Source: an uncultured Candidatus Bathyarchaeia archaeon
Lineage (GTDB): Archaea > Thermoproteota > Bathyarchaeia > Bathyarchaeales > Bathyarchaeaceae
DNA length: 64,000 nt
Reading direction: 5' to 3'
Assembly (NCBI GenBank): GCA_964623205.1
Contig: CAZUQX010000010.1
Span: forward strand, 5,152 to 69,151
Below the pieces are notes generated by a model, which worked only from the letters and a program-made list of their open reading frames with translations, had not been told where the DNA came from and did no database searches. A program made the position numbers and the translations under genes. Positions 29,750-37,618 of this stretch are shown here, piece by piece (positions within the stretch are counted from its first letter, which is position 1; each line of letters opens with the position of its first letter).

Positions 29750-29777
29750 GTTCAATGAACAGGTGTTCATGATGAAC
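29750..29777. promoter_or_regulatory. Two adjacent palindromic boxes in the glnA/lrp divergent intergenic region
   Basis: The boxes are GTTCA-a-TGAAC (29750-29760) and GTTCA-tga-TGAAC (29765-29777), 4 nt apart. A TATA-like GTATATAAAT lies at about 29700. Confidence 0.4.
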
Positions 29778-29828
29778 TAAAATCACAGCAAGCTAAACGT
29801 CACCAAACAATCAAGGAGGAAATGTAAA

Positions 29829-30293
29829 TTGAATCACATTTCATCTCATAAAGTGGATGAAGTCGACCGCAAGATCATCCGTTTATTACAGGAGGACTCG
29901 AGAAAAAGCTTCAACAAGATAGCTGAGAGCTTGGGCATAGCCGTTGGAACAGCTTATAATCGCGTCAAGAACCTAGAAGACAAAGGAATCTTGAAGGGCT
30001 ATACGATAATCTTGGACCCCGCTGAACTAGGTTATGGTTTGACGGGTCTTATACTTATTCAAGCTGACGGAAGGTATCTCTCCGAAGTTGAAAAAGAGCT
30101 TGCTCAGCTAGACGAGGTCATATCCATCTACGATATCACTGGAGACTACGACATAGCGGTTGTCGCGAGATTCAAGGACAGGGTTATGCTAAACAACTTC
30201 ATCAAATCAACCCTGAAGATGCCTCACGTGAACAAAACAGTAACAAACGTTGTGCTTAACGTCGTCAAAGAAGACTTCAGAGTAAAAGTATAA
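29829..30293 (+). CDS. Lrp/AsnC family transcriptional regulator (HTH + RAM)
   Basis: It has VDRKIIRLLQEDSRKSFNKIAESLGIAVGTAYNRVKNLEDKGIL plus a RAM domain. It starts with TTG and is divergent from glnA. Confidence 0.85.
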   Translation: MNHISSHKVDEVDRKIIRLLQEDSRKSFNKIAESLGIAVGTAYNRVKNLEDKGILKGYTIILDPAELGYGLTGLILIQADGRYLSEVEKELAQLDEVISIYDITGDYDIAVVARFKDRVMLNNFIKSTLKMPHVNKTVTNVVLNVVKEDFRVKV

Positions 30294-30406
30294 ACTACTG
30301 CGGCTCAAACATCCCCAAGACATAACTCGAGTTCTCCCCCCACTCTTACTTACCTAGACTGCATTTTACCCTTCTTCATCCAAAAGATTTGGTAGGCTCG
30401 AATTAA

Positions 30407-30433
30407 GGGTTAAAATTTAACCCAACCAACCAA
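30407..30433. repeat. Palindrome-core repeat, copy A
   Basis: GGGTTAAAATTTAACCC followed by AACCAACCAA. Its reverse complement matches copy C apart from the central AT swap. Confidence 0.8.
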
Positions 30434-30490
30434 TTGCTCTTGAATAATAACTAGATAAGTGAAGATCATGGGGCACATTGGTTTAATTAT

Positions 30491-30895
30491 TTATTTATAA
30501 ATTCCTATTCCGCCAGGCCAGTCTATTTGCTTCAAATGGTTGAATGCATCGTATATTTTTTGTTCCTCTTCCCTAGTTGGTTTCTTTGTTTTAAATCTAA
30601 TTCCGAAAGAGTAATTACCTGACCAAAACGTCACAAACGGTATTACTCCCGATTTCCCAGTTTCTTTCTTCAACTTTTTTATTGCTTTCTCAAGCTTTGT
30701 GTTGCTAGGTCTAAAAAAAATTTCTATGGGATAGGCTATGAGCCAACCAGAACTGTGGAAATACAAATCTGGATAATGATATGAATTGATGGGCTCTAAG
30801 GGATGCGCTATTTCAAAAAAAAGTTCATCATTACAAATACCTAAAAATTTATTCTCATCCTTACGCACACACCCAGTCCTCTGTGCAAATGTCAT
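30491..30895 (-). CDS. Hypothetical protein (134 aa) in an AT-rich islet
   Basis: It has an ATGA overlap with the upstream 80-aa ORF and no recognisable motif. Confidence 0.45.
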   Translation of the reverse strand: MTFAQRTGCVRKDENKFLGICNDELFFEIAHPLEPINSYHYPDLYFHSSGWLIAYPIEIFFRPSNTKLEKAIKKLKKETGKSGVIPFVTFWSGNYSFGIRFKTKKPTREEEQKIYDAFNHLKQIDWPGGIGIYK

Positions 30896-31134
30896 TTCTT
30901 TATATCCGAAATACCGAATTTAAGATAGAGCATTTTGTGGGCAAAGATGCCTGGATTTATTTTGTGAATTTCGCCACAATTCTCACAAATTAAAAGAATT
31001 GTTTCTGGTGCAATGCGCTCAACTTTGAAATTAATGTTCCCACATATCGAACAACAGATTTCATTTTTTGCATTTTCAGGTATCAATTTACTTTTTCTAA
31101 GAATAACATTTGACTGAAAAGCTTGTTTTGACAT
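30892..31134 (-). CDS. Hypothetical zinc-ribbon protein (80 aa)
   Basis: It has two CxxC pairs (CSICGN ... CENCGE) and is translationally coupled to the downstream 134-aa ORF. Confidence 0.45.
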   Translation of the reverse strand: MSKQAFQSNVILRKSKLIPENAKNEICCSICGNINFKVERIAPETILLICENCGEIHKINPGIFAHKMLYLKFGISDIKK

Positions 31135-31304
31135 TTTTTCACCAACCTAACAATAAGTGACAGAACACATTCAACATTTAGATATATTATTCACTATTCA
31201 TATATAAATTTTTCTTATATGCTGAACATTTATCGGTTTTATTAAATTATTATTGAATATCTATTCATTTAATGATACGTTTACTCGTCTGTCATTCCCT
31301 TCTT

Positions 31305-31350
31305 GGGTTTGGGTTTGGGGATTAAATTTTAACCCCCACAACCCAAAAAC
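31305..31350. repeat. Palindrome-core repeat, copy B
   Basis: GGGTTTGGGTTTGG-GGATTAAATTTTAACCCC-CACAACCCAAAAAC. It lies 130 nt upstream of nadE. Confidence 0.7.
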
Positions 31351-31479
31351 AGTTCACACACTTGATCCTCAAGTCGCATATACTTGGAAGGTTATCTATT
31401 CTTTTTTAAGGGACAACAATTTATTAAGTTGTGAATTGGATCTCTGCATTTTGAGATTGGTAAAAAGCTGGGGGATATA

Positions 31480-33153
31480 ATGTTAAGGATTGCCATGGCA
31501 CAAATCAATTCAACTATGGGGGATTTGAAGGGAAACGCAGAAAAAATTAAGAAATTCCTTGCTGAAGCAAAGGGTTGTCAGGCTGATTTGGTGGTCTTTC
31601 CAGAATTAGCCATTACTGGTTATCCCCCTCAGGACTTGCTGCTTGAAGATGATTTTGTTAAGCGAAACAAGGAGTTGCTGGAAGATTTGGTGGAGGATAA
31701 CTCTGTTGACATTGCTGGGGTGGTTGGTTTTGTTGATTACAGAGAAAAAGCTTTGTACAATGCTGCAGCCGTTTTTAATCGGAACAGATTGGTGGGGATA
31801 GTTCACAAGGCGCTTTTGCCAACTTATGATGTGTTTGATGAGGACAGGTACTTCAAGCCTGCAGATGTTGGGGAGATAGCGCCTGTTTCATTGGTTATCA
31901 ATCGAAGAGAGGTTAGATTGGGTGTGGAGATTTGTGAGGACCTGTGGGATCAGGATTATGATGTGAAGGTTACCGCTTTGCTGGCTGAGAAGGGAGCAGA
32001 CCTGATTGTTAATATTTCTGGTTCACCGTTTCATGCCGGAAAGATGCTTGAACGGCATAAGCTGCTGGAAGAACAGGCAACAAGAAACAAGGTGCCATTA
32101 TTTTATGTGAACCTTGTTGGTGGGCAGGATGAGCTTGTTTTTGATGGTCAAAGCTTGGCAGTGGATAGGGCGGGTAATTTGATAGCGGTGGGCAAGCAGT
32201 TTGAGGAAGACGTGATAGTTACTGACCTTGACTTGGAAAGTGGGGTTGCTCAAAAGGTTGAGCCTCCTGTGCATAATAAGACGCGAGAGATGTTTGATGC
32301 TATAGTGCTGGGGATACGTGACTATTTTAGGAAGACGGGTTTCGAGAGAGCTGTTGTGGGGATGAGTGGTGGAATTGACTCGTCTTTAACTGCGTGTATA
32401 GCCGCTGAAGCCTTAGGCAAGGAGAATGTTATTGGGGTGTCTATGCCTTCCAAGTTCTCCAGTGGTCATAGCAGGAGTGATGCGCGGCAGTTGGCTGAGA
32501 ATCTTGGAATATTTTTTGTTCGATTCTCTATTCAGGGCATCGTTGACAATTATCATAGGAACTTGGAGAAGCCTTTGGGACAGATAAGAGAACACTTCGG
32601 TGTGGCGAGGGAGGATGATGATCCTGTTGCTGACGAGAATGTTCAGCCTAGAGTGAGGGGTAACTGTTTAATGGATATTTCTAATCGGCTGAAGGATTTG
32701 AGAATCTTGGTTTTGAATACTGGAAACAAAACTGAGGTTGCTCTTGGCTATTGTACGTTGTATGGGGATATGACGGGTGGGATTGGTGCGTTGGGTGATG
32801 TGAGTAAGCTTGAGGTCTATAAACTCGCAAAGTATGTGAATGAGAAGGCGGGTAGAGAAGTGATACCGAGAAATGTACTTGTGAAGAAGCCGTCGCCCGA
32901 ACTTAAGGAGGGGCAGTTTGATCCATTCGATTTTGATGTTGTCAGTCCGCTGGTTGATGAGATTATTGAGAATCGGAGAAGTAAGCAGGAGTTGATTGGG
33001 ATGGGCTATCCGAGGGAGGCTGTGGAGGATACTTACAGGAGAATCAGAAATGCGGAATACAAGAGGCGGCAAGCAACCCCATCAATCAAAATCACCCCCA
33101 AAGCCTTCGGCATAGGATGGAAAATGCCAATGGTCAACAAATACAAAGGCTAA
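31480..33153 (+). CDS. nadE: Glutamine-dependent NAD+ synthetase (nitrilase-like domain + NadE domain)
   Basis: The N-terminal CN-hydrolase domain has VFPELAITGY, ICEDLW and the catalytic Cys region. The C-terminal domain has the PP-loop GMSGGIDSS. Confidence 0.9.
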   Translation: MLRIAMAQINSTMGDLKGNAEKIKKFLAEAKGCQADLVVFPELAITGYPPQDLLLEDDFVKRNKELLEDLVEDNSVDIAGVVGFVDYREKALYNAAAVFNRNRLVGIVHKALLPTYDVFDEDRYFKPADVGEIAPVSLVINRREVRLGVEICEDLWDQDYDVKVTALLAEKGADLIVNISGSPFHAGKMLERHKLLEEQATRNKVPLFYVNLVGGQDELVFDGQSLAVDRAGNLIAVGKQFEEDVIVTDLDLESGVAQKVEPPVHNKTREMFDAIVLGIRDYFRKTGFERAVVGMSGGIDSSLTACIAAEALGKENVIGVSMPSKFSSGHSRSDARQLAENLGIFFVRFSIQGIVDNYHRNLEKPLGQIREHFGVAREDDDPVADENVQPRVRGNCLMDISNRLKDLRILVLNTGNKTEVALGYCTLYGDMTGGIGALGDVSKLEVYKLAKYVNEKAGREVIPRNVLVKKPSPELKEGQFDPFDFDVVSPLVDEIIENRRSKQELIGMGYPREAVEDTYRRIRNAEYKRRQATPSIKITPKAFGIGWKMPMVNKYKG

Positions 33154-33165
33154 AAAACATACCTG

Positions 33166-33192
33166 ATGTGCGTGTGCGTGCGCGCGTGTGCG
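33166..33192. repeat. 27-nt perfect alternating purine-pyrimidine tract (Z-DNA-prone)
   Basis: ATGTGCGTGTGCGTGCGCGCGTGTGCG. It is followed by (GTAG)n, (GGTT)3, (CT)n and further GC/GT-alternating blocks up to about 33360. Confidence 0.85.
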
Positions 33193-33280
33193 GGTTTTCT
33201 GTGTGAGGGTAGGTAGGTAAGAGACCGAGAACATGAACAAGAACTAGGGAGAAAAAGCGTAGGCACGTAGACACGTGAAA

Positions 33281-33308
33281 GGTTGGTTGGTTGGGTTAAA
33301 ATTTAACC
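33281..33308. repeat. Palindrome-core repeat, copy C (inverted relative to copy A)
   Basis: GGTTGGTTGGTT-GGGTTAAAATTTAACC. Confidence 0.8.
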
Positions 33309-33453
33309 TTTCTCTCTCGTATCCGTGCTCGTGCGCGTGGGTGGGCGGGTGCGTGCACCCTCTCGCTCGCTCACCCTATATAAACAAAAAAACTAACTAA
33401 AAAACTCACACAAAAAGTCGATTATCTGTCTGTCTTTATGCGCGCGAAGCGTT

Positions 33454-33666
33454 CTACAGGTTTTCGCTGCTCCTGCGAATTAACCATGCGGCTACAGATA
33501 TGGCGATTAGTAGAATGCCGATAAAGAATAAGACCGTTGCGTAGTTTAGAAGAGTTGTCTTGGTGGACAATTCTGTGTCTTCTAGGGCTAGAAAAGTGAG
33601 GTATGCCGATAATGCAAACATGAGAAAGGCTGGTAATAGAGTAATTTTTTCGATTATTGAAGCCAT
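33454..33666 (-). CDS. Small two-TM membrane protein, hypothetical
   Basis: The 70-aa product has two hydrophobic helices (LLPAFLMFALSAYLTFLAL; VLFFIGILLIAISVAAWLI). Confidence 0.45.
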   Translation of the reverse strand: MASIIEKITLLPAFLMFALSAYLTFLALEDTELSTKTTLLNYATVLFFIGILLIAISVAAWLIRRSSENL

Positions 33667-33833
33667 AAGCTAATACTGACGAACCCTAAAACATTAACTT
33701 TTTGCATAAACATTCGCGGGCGCAGTAGACTCGCGCGCGCATTAAAATGTTGGGATTCTTGGAATCCATTCTTTCCTTTCATTCCTCAGATACTTAGCTA
33801 ACAAAAGAGTCTCTTCGTTAATCATAGTTTTCA

Positions 33834-34670
33834 CTATTCTAGTCTTCTGTAAATGATTGTGAACAGGAAGAAGCCTGCTGCAGTGAACACTATGACTCCG
33901 CTTGTTGCCACATTGTAGATTGCTGAGAGCAGTATACCCGTGATCATGCTGAGAACCCCGAAGCCTATGGCAACCAGTGTTGTTCCCTTAAACGAAAGAT
34001 TCAGCTGAAGGGCAGCGAGTCCGGGAAGAACCAAGAGAGCAACTACAAGAATCACCCCTATCACTTTTATAGAAAGCACAATTGTGATCGCCACCAGCAA
34101 ATTGAAGGCTAACGACAGCAGCCTAACAGGGATACCCATCAACCTCGCATCCTCTTCGTCAAAGGTCATGGAAAGAAGCTCCTTGTAGAAGACCCCCAGA
34201 ATGAGAATCGTTGATAGTCCAAGAATCGACACTATAATGAGGTCAGTTTGATCGATTGTGAGAATTGAGCCGAAGAGAAAACTGAAAAGTTCAACATTGA
34301 ATCCGCCAGCCAAACTGATTATAATCAGACCGGTAGAAAACCCTAGGGTCATCATCACAGCTATGGCAGAGTCAGACTGAGCTAACCCTCTTCTTCTCAT
34401 GTAAGATATGCCCAAGACTGCTAGAATCGCAACAAACAAAGCAGTCAAGATGGGATTAATGCCCAATAACAATCCTAAGGCTATGCCTCCAAAGGCGGTG
34501 TGGGCTATTCCATCGCCTATCATAGCTTCCTTCCTCAATATCAAAAAGAGACCAACCCATGCACAAGCCAAGGCTGCTATGGTTCCGCCTAAGAGTGCGT
34601 TCTGGAAGAATTGAAATCCAAGAAGCCTGAAAATGTCAACGAGCTCATTCATCTTCGAAAACCCGCTCAC
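33834..34670 (-). CDS. znuB: Metal (Zn/Mn) ABC transporter permease, ZnuB-type
   Basis: It is a polytopic membrane protein of the ABC-3 family type (DGIAHTAFGG, EEDARLMGI). Confidence 0.85.
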   Translation of the reverse strand: MSGFSKMNELVDIFRLLGFQFFQNALLGGTIAALACAWVGLFLILRKEAMIGDGIAHTAFGGIALGLLLGINPILTALFVAILAVLGISYMRRRGLAQSDSAIAVMMTLGFSTGLIIISLAGGFNVELFSFLFGSILTIDQTDLIIVSILGLSTILILGVFYKELLSMTFDEEDARLMGIPVRLLSLAFNLLVAITIVLSIKVIGVILVVALLVLPGLAALQLNLSFKGTTLVAIGFGVLSMITGILLSAIYNVATSGVIVFTAAGFFLFTIIYRRLE

Positions 34671-35457
34671 ATTTATGCTCGTGGAAGACGAAGTGGAAGT
34701 GTTCGCCGTAAGCTTTCCTCAGAACCTTATCGGGTTCCAAACCTTCAGTTATTTCAGCCAAGTTAGCCCATCGGTTAATGCATATAACCTTAGACATCCG
34801 ACAGAAAACCGCTGTCAAGTCATGGGTAACTAACAGGATAGTGATGCCCTTCGCAATATTAAGGTCGCTAAGTTTCTTGTAAAATTTCTCTTGTGTCCTA
34901 GCGTCCACACCGACCACGGGCTCATCCAAGAAAATTATTTCAGGCTTCCTCACCAAAGCTTTAGCCACAAAGGCCCTCTGTTTCTGCCCTCCAGACAATT
35001 GCCCAATCCTTCTGTCTGCAAGGTCAGATAATCCCATGAAATCGAGGGATTCATCCACCGCATCCCAGTCCCCTCGCTTCAAGGTTCTTCCTATATTGCT
35101 CCGGTTCATCCTGCCAAGGGCTACCAGTTCTCTCACAGCCAAAGGAAAATGAGGGTCGAAGCTGATGGCGTCTTGGGGCACATAAGCAACTTTCTCCCAG
35201 CGGGAGAAGGACTCTATGTCCTGTCCAAAGAGACGAATGGTTCCCTTGGTCCTAGGTAGGAGATTTAGGAGAGCAAGGAGTAGAGTGGTTTTGCCTCCTC
35301 CATTGGGGCCTACTAAGCCGACATAGTCTCCTCGCTGGATAGTGAAACTGGCGTCTTCGATAACCAGAGAATTAGACCTAGCTACATGAAGGTGTGAAAC
35401 CTCCAACACTGGAGACTTTTCTTTTTTCATGGTGCCCGATTGAACATTGTTTAACAT
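34645..35457 (-). CDS. znuC: Metal ABC transporter ATPase, ZnuC-type
   Basis: It has Walker A (GPNGGGKTT), the signature LSGGQKQR and Walker B (IFLDEP). Confidence 0.9.
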   Translation of the reverse strand: MLNNVQSGTMKKEKSPVLEVSHLHVARSNSLVIEDASFTIQRGDYVGLVGPNGGGKTTLLLALLNLLPRTKGTIRLFGQDIESFSRWEKVAYVPQDAISFDPHFPLAVRELVALGRMNRSNIGRTLKRGDWDAVDESLDFMGLSDLADRRIGQLSGGQKQRAFVAKALVRKPEIIFLDEPVVGVDARTQEKFYKKLSDLNIAKGITILLVTHDLTAVFCRMSKVICINRWANLAEITEGLEPDKVLRKAYGEHFHFVFHEHKCERVFEDE

Positions 35458-35474
35458 TTCATTTCAACTTTACC

Positions 35475-36431
35475 TTATTCTAATGAAGCTTCAAGGCCTA
35501 TCTTTAGGTTTTCCAAGTTTTCCTCTTGTTGCCCAAAATAATCTAATCCGTCTATGGAGCCGAGCATGATGTAGAGCTTCAGAATCTGGACGTCTTGACC
35601 TGACAGCCGCTTCAGCTCGTTCCTGACGGTTTGGGCGTATTCGTCAGAGTAAACTGGGTCCACATACACCACATAGGTTTCATGCTCCAGCATCAGTTCT
35701 ACCAGATTTTCGTATTTCAAGGCACTTGGCTGTTCGTCTGCGGAGATGCCAATAACCCCATGTTGTTCGAAGCCGTACCTATCAGCCAGATATCCGAAGG
35801 CAGAATGAGCGACAAAAATCTCTTCTTTCTGTTTAGTTGAGAGTTCACTCATGTAGCTGTTGTCCAGTTCCTCGAACCTCGTCTCTAGGTTTTGCCAGCG
35901 CTCAGTATAGTAATCCAAATGAGTTGGGTCCTTCTGGATTAAAGCCGCGTATATGTTTTGAGCCTGTTGTTTTGCTAGGAAGGGGCTTATCCACGTGTGA
36001 GGATCATAGAGTCCTTCATGCTCGTGCTCGTCAGCGTGTTCTTGTTCAGTTTCAAGAAGATTTACTCCCTCGGTAGTTTCTATGATGGTTTTGTCGCTTG
36101 ATTGGATGTTGGAAAGAATTTCTTCTTCGAACCAGTGGTCAAGGGATGCACCATTATATATTATCACATCAGCCTCGTCTACGGCTAGGATATCAGCGAA
36201 GGATGGTTGCCAATTGTGTACCTCCGTGTTGTCGGGTATAAGTTGCTTGACGGTTACTTCTTCTCCGCCTATTTGTTGGGCGAAGAAGGCGAGGGGATAA
36301 AATGTGGCTACGACTTTTAGCTTGTCAACTTCCATTTCCTCTTGCAGAATCGAATAGTAAGCAGTAGCAACCGCTGAAGCTAAAACAATTATGATTACTC
36401 CCGTTACAAAGATTTTCTGTCGCTTGTTCAT
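35475..36431 (-). CDS. znuA: Metal-binding lipoprotein/solute-binding protein, ZnuA/TroA type
   Basis: It has an N-terminal anchor, and a His/Asp/Glu-rich loop (EQEHADEHEHEGLYDPH) characteristic of Zn-specific cluster A-I SBPs. Confidence 0.85.
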   Translation of the reverse strand: MNKRQKIFVTGVIIIVLASAVATAYYSILQEEMEVDKLKVVATFYPLAFFAQQIGGEEVTVKQLIPDNTEVHNWQPSFADILAVDEADVIIYNGASLDHWFEEEILSNIQSSDKTIIETTEGVNLLETEQEHADEHEHEGLYDPHTWISPFLAKQQAQNIYAALIQKDPTHLDYYTERWQNLETRFEELDNSYMSELSTKQKEEIFVAHSAFGYLADRYGFEQHGVIGISADEQPSALKYENLVELMLEHETYVVYVDPVYSDEYAQTVRNELKRLSGQDVQILKLYIMLGSIDGLDYFGQQEENLENLKIGLEASLE

Positions 36432-36600
36432 GTCGCTGTACCTTTTTGCGATTTAAAGTGTGCAACACGGAACTTTATTAAATTATTCGCGCTCACATAG
36501 ACGAAGATTACTCTCTGAAATGATTCTCTCAAGGCTCATAGAATATTTTGAACCAAAGTTACACTGGTCTGAAAAACATCAAGCTTTACTGCCGATGGCT

Positions 36601-37617
36601 CTATTTTATCATAGCCGAGTAGTATCTTTGGTTGTCCACAAGAAAGAACTTTTTGAGTATGTCCAAGAAGGAATTTTCCAATTCAATGTTCTTTCGAGTG
36701 GCATATTTGGAATCGTAGAATGTTTCTCCATAGATTTGTTTTCCTTGTCTAAGCGCTCGCTTTACCCATCCTAAATCGAATCTGTCTTTGATTCCGTACA
36801 TTGGCATTTTTTTGAACATAGGATGAAGCTCTTGGTATTCTCTCGTGAAATCATTGTAAAGCTTGTGGAATTCATCTGTCCAGAAACTGGGATGATAGCA
36901 AGGCGCGTTCTCGTTGCAGACAAGAGTCATCCTTTCGTCAGATTTGCCTTCTCTAAGCAGAAATGATTCATTTATTCCAAACCCTGCAATAATCATTGAC
37001 CTCAGGTTTGGAAGGTTCAACTGCTCCAGAGCAAAATAACTGTTGAGATTATACTTGAATAGCTCATCTGATGATTGCCGTGTGAGCAACTTAAATTCTT
37101 CAGGATTCGTTCCCTTTATTGATGTTTCTATCGCTACCTTCACTGAAGAATTAATATCGTATAACTCTTCGAGATATCTTTTGATTTGGTTTGTGTTTCC
37201 CATACCTGGATAAATCCCATTTGTCTGGATTATTATTCCATTATTGAATTTTTTGCTATCTATTTCGCTTATTTTGATTAGCGCTTCAAAAAGGTATTTT
37301 ACATACTTTTCACCGAGAAGAGGTTCTCCTCCAAGCACTCTAAGCCAATTGTAATTACTGTACCCTGAAGGATAAGGAATCACCTTGTAATCCTCAACAA
37401 CGTCATCAGTTGTCTTCTCATTTGTAACATTTCTATTTTTGATGTATTTTTCTGGCCAAGAATAACCAGACGCGAAACACAAACCACAACTCAAATTACA
37501 CCCCGCAAATCTCAGTGAAATTTCATAAGGAGCATTACCACATTTTTGAACAGCCATCGTCTTATCGTAATTTCTGTTCGGAGATCCATATGATTTCTGC
37601 AAATAGATATAAACCAT
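36601..37617 (-). CDS. Radical SAM enzyme of unassigned subfamily (QueE/activase-like core + unknown C-terminal extension)
   Basis: It has the Cx3Cx2C motif CNLSCGLC inside LRFAGCNLSCGLCF, plus GGEPLL and IIQTNG core motifs. The C-terminal ~150 aa have no motif I recognise. A GGAGG lies 8 nt upstream of the ATG, inside the 3' end of the HNH gene. Confidence 0.8.
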   Translation of the reverse strand: MVYIYLQKSYGSPNRNYDKTMAVQKCGNAPYEISLRFAGCNLSCGLCFASGYSWPEKYIKNRNVTNEKTTDDVVEDYKVIPYPSGYSNYNWLRVLGGEPLLGEKYVKYLFEALIKISEIDSKKFNNGIIIQTNGIYPGMGNTNQIKRYLEELYDINSSVKVAIETSIKGTNPEEFKLLTRQSSDELFKYNLNSYFALEQLNLPNLRSMIIAGFGINESFLLREGKSDERMTLVCNENAPCYHPSFWTDEFHKLYNDFTREYQELHPMFKKMPMYGIKDRFDLGWVKRALRQGKQIYGETFYDSKYATRKNIELENSFLDILKKFFLVDNQRYYSAMIK

Positions 37618-37618
37618 G

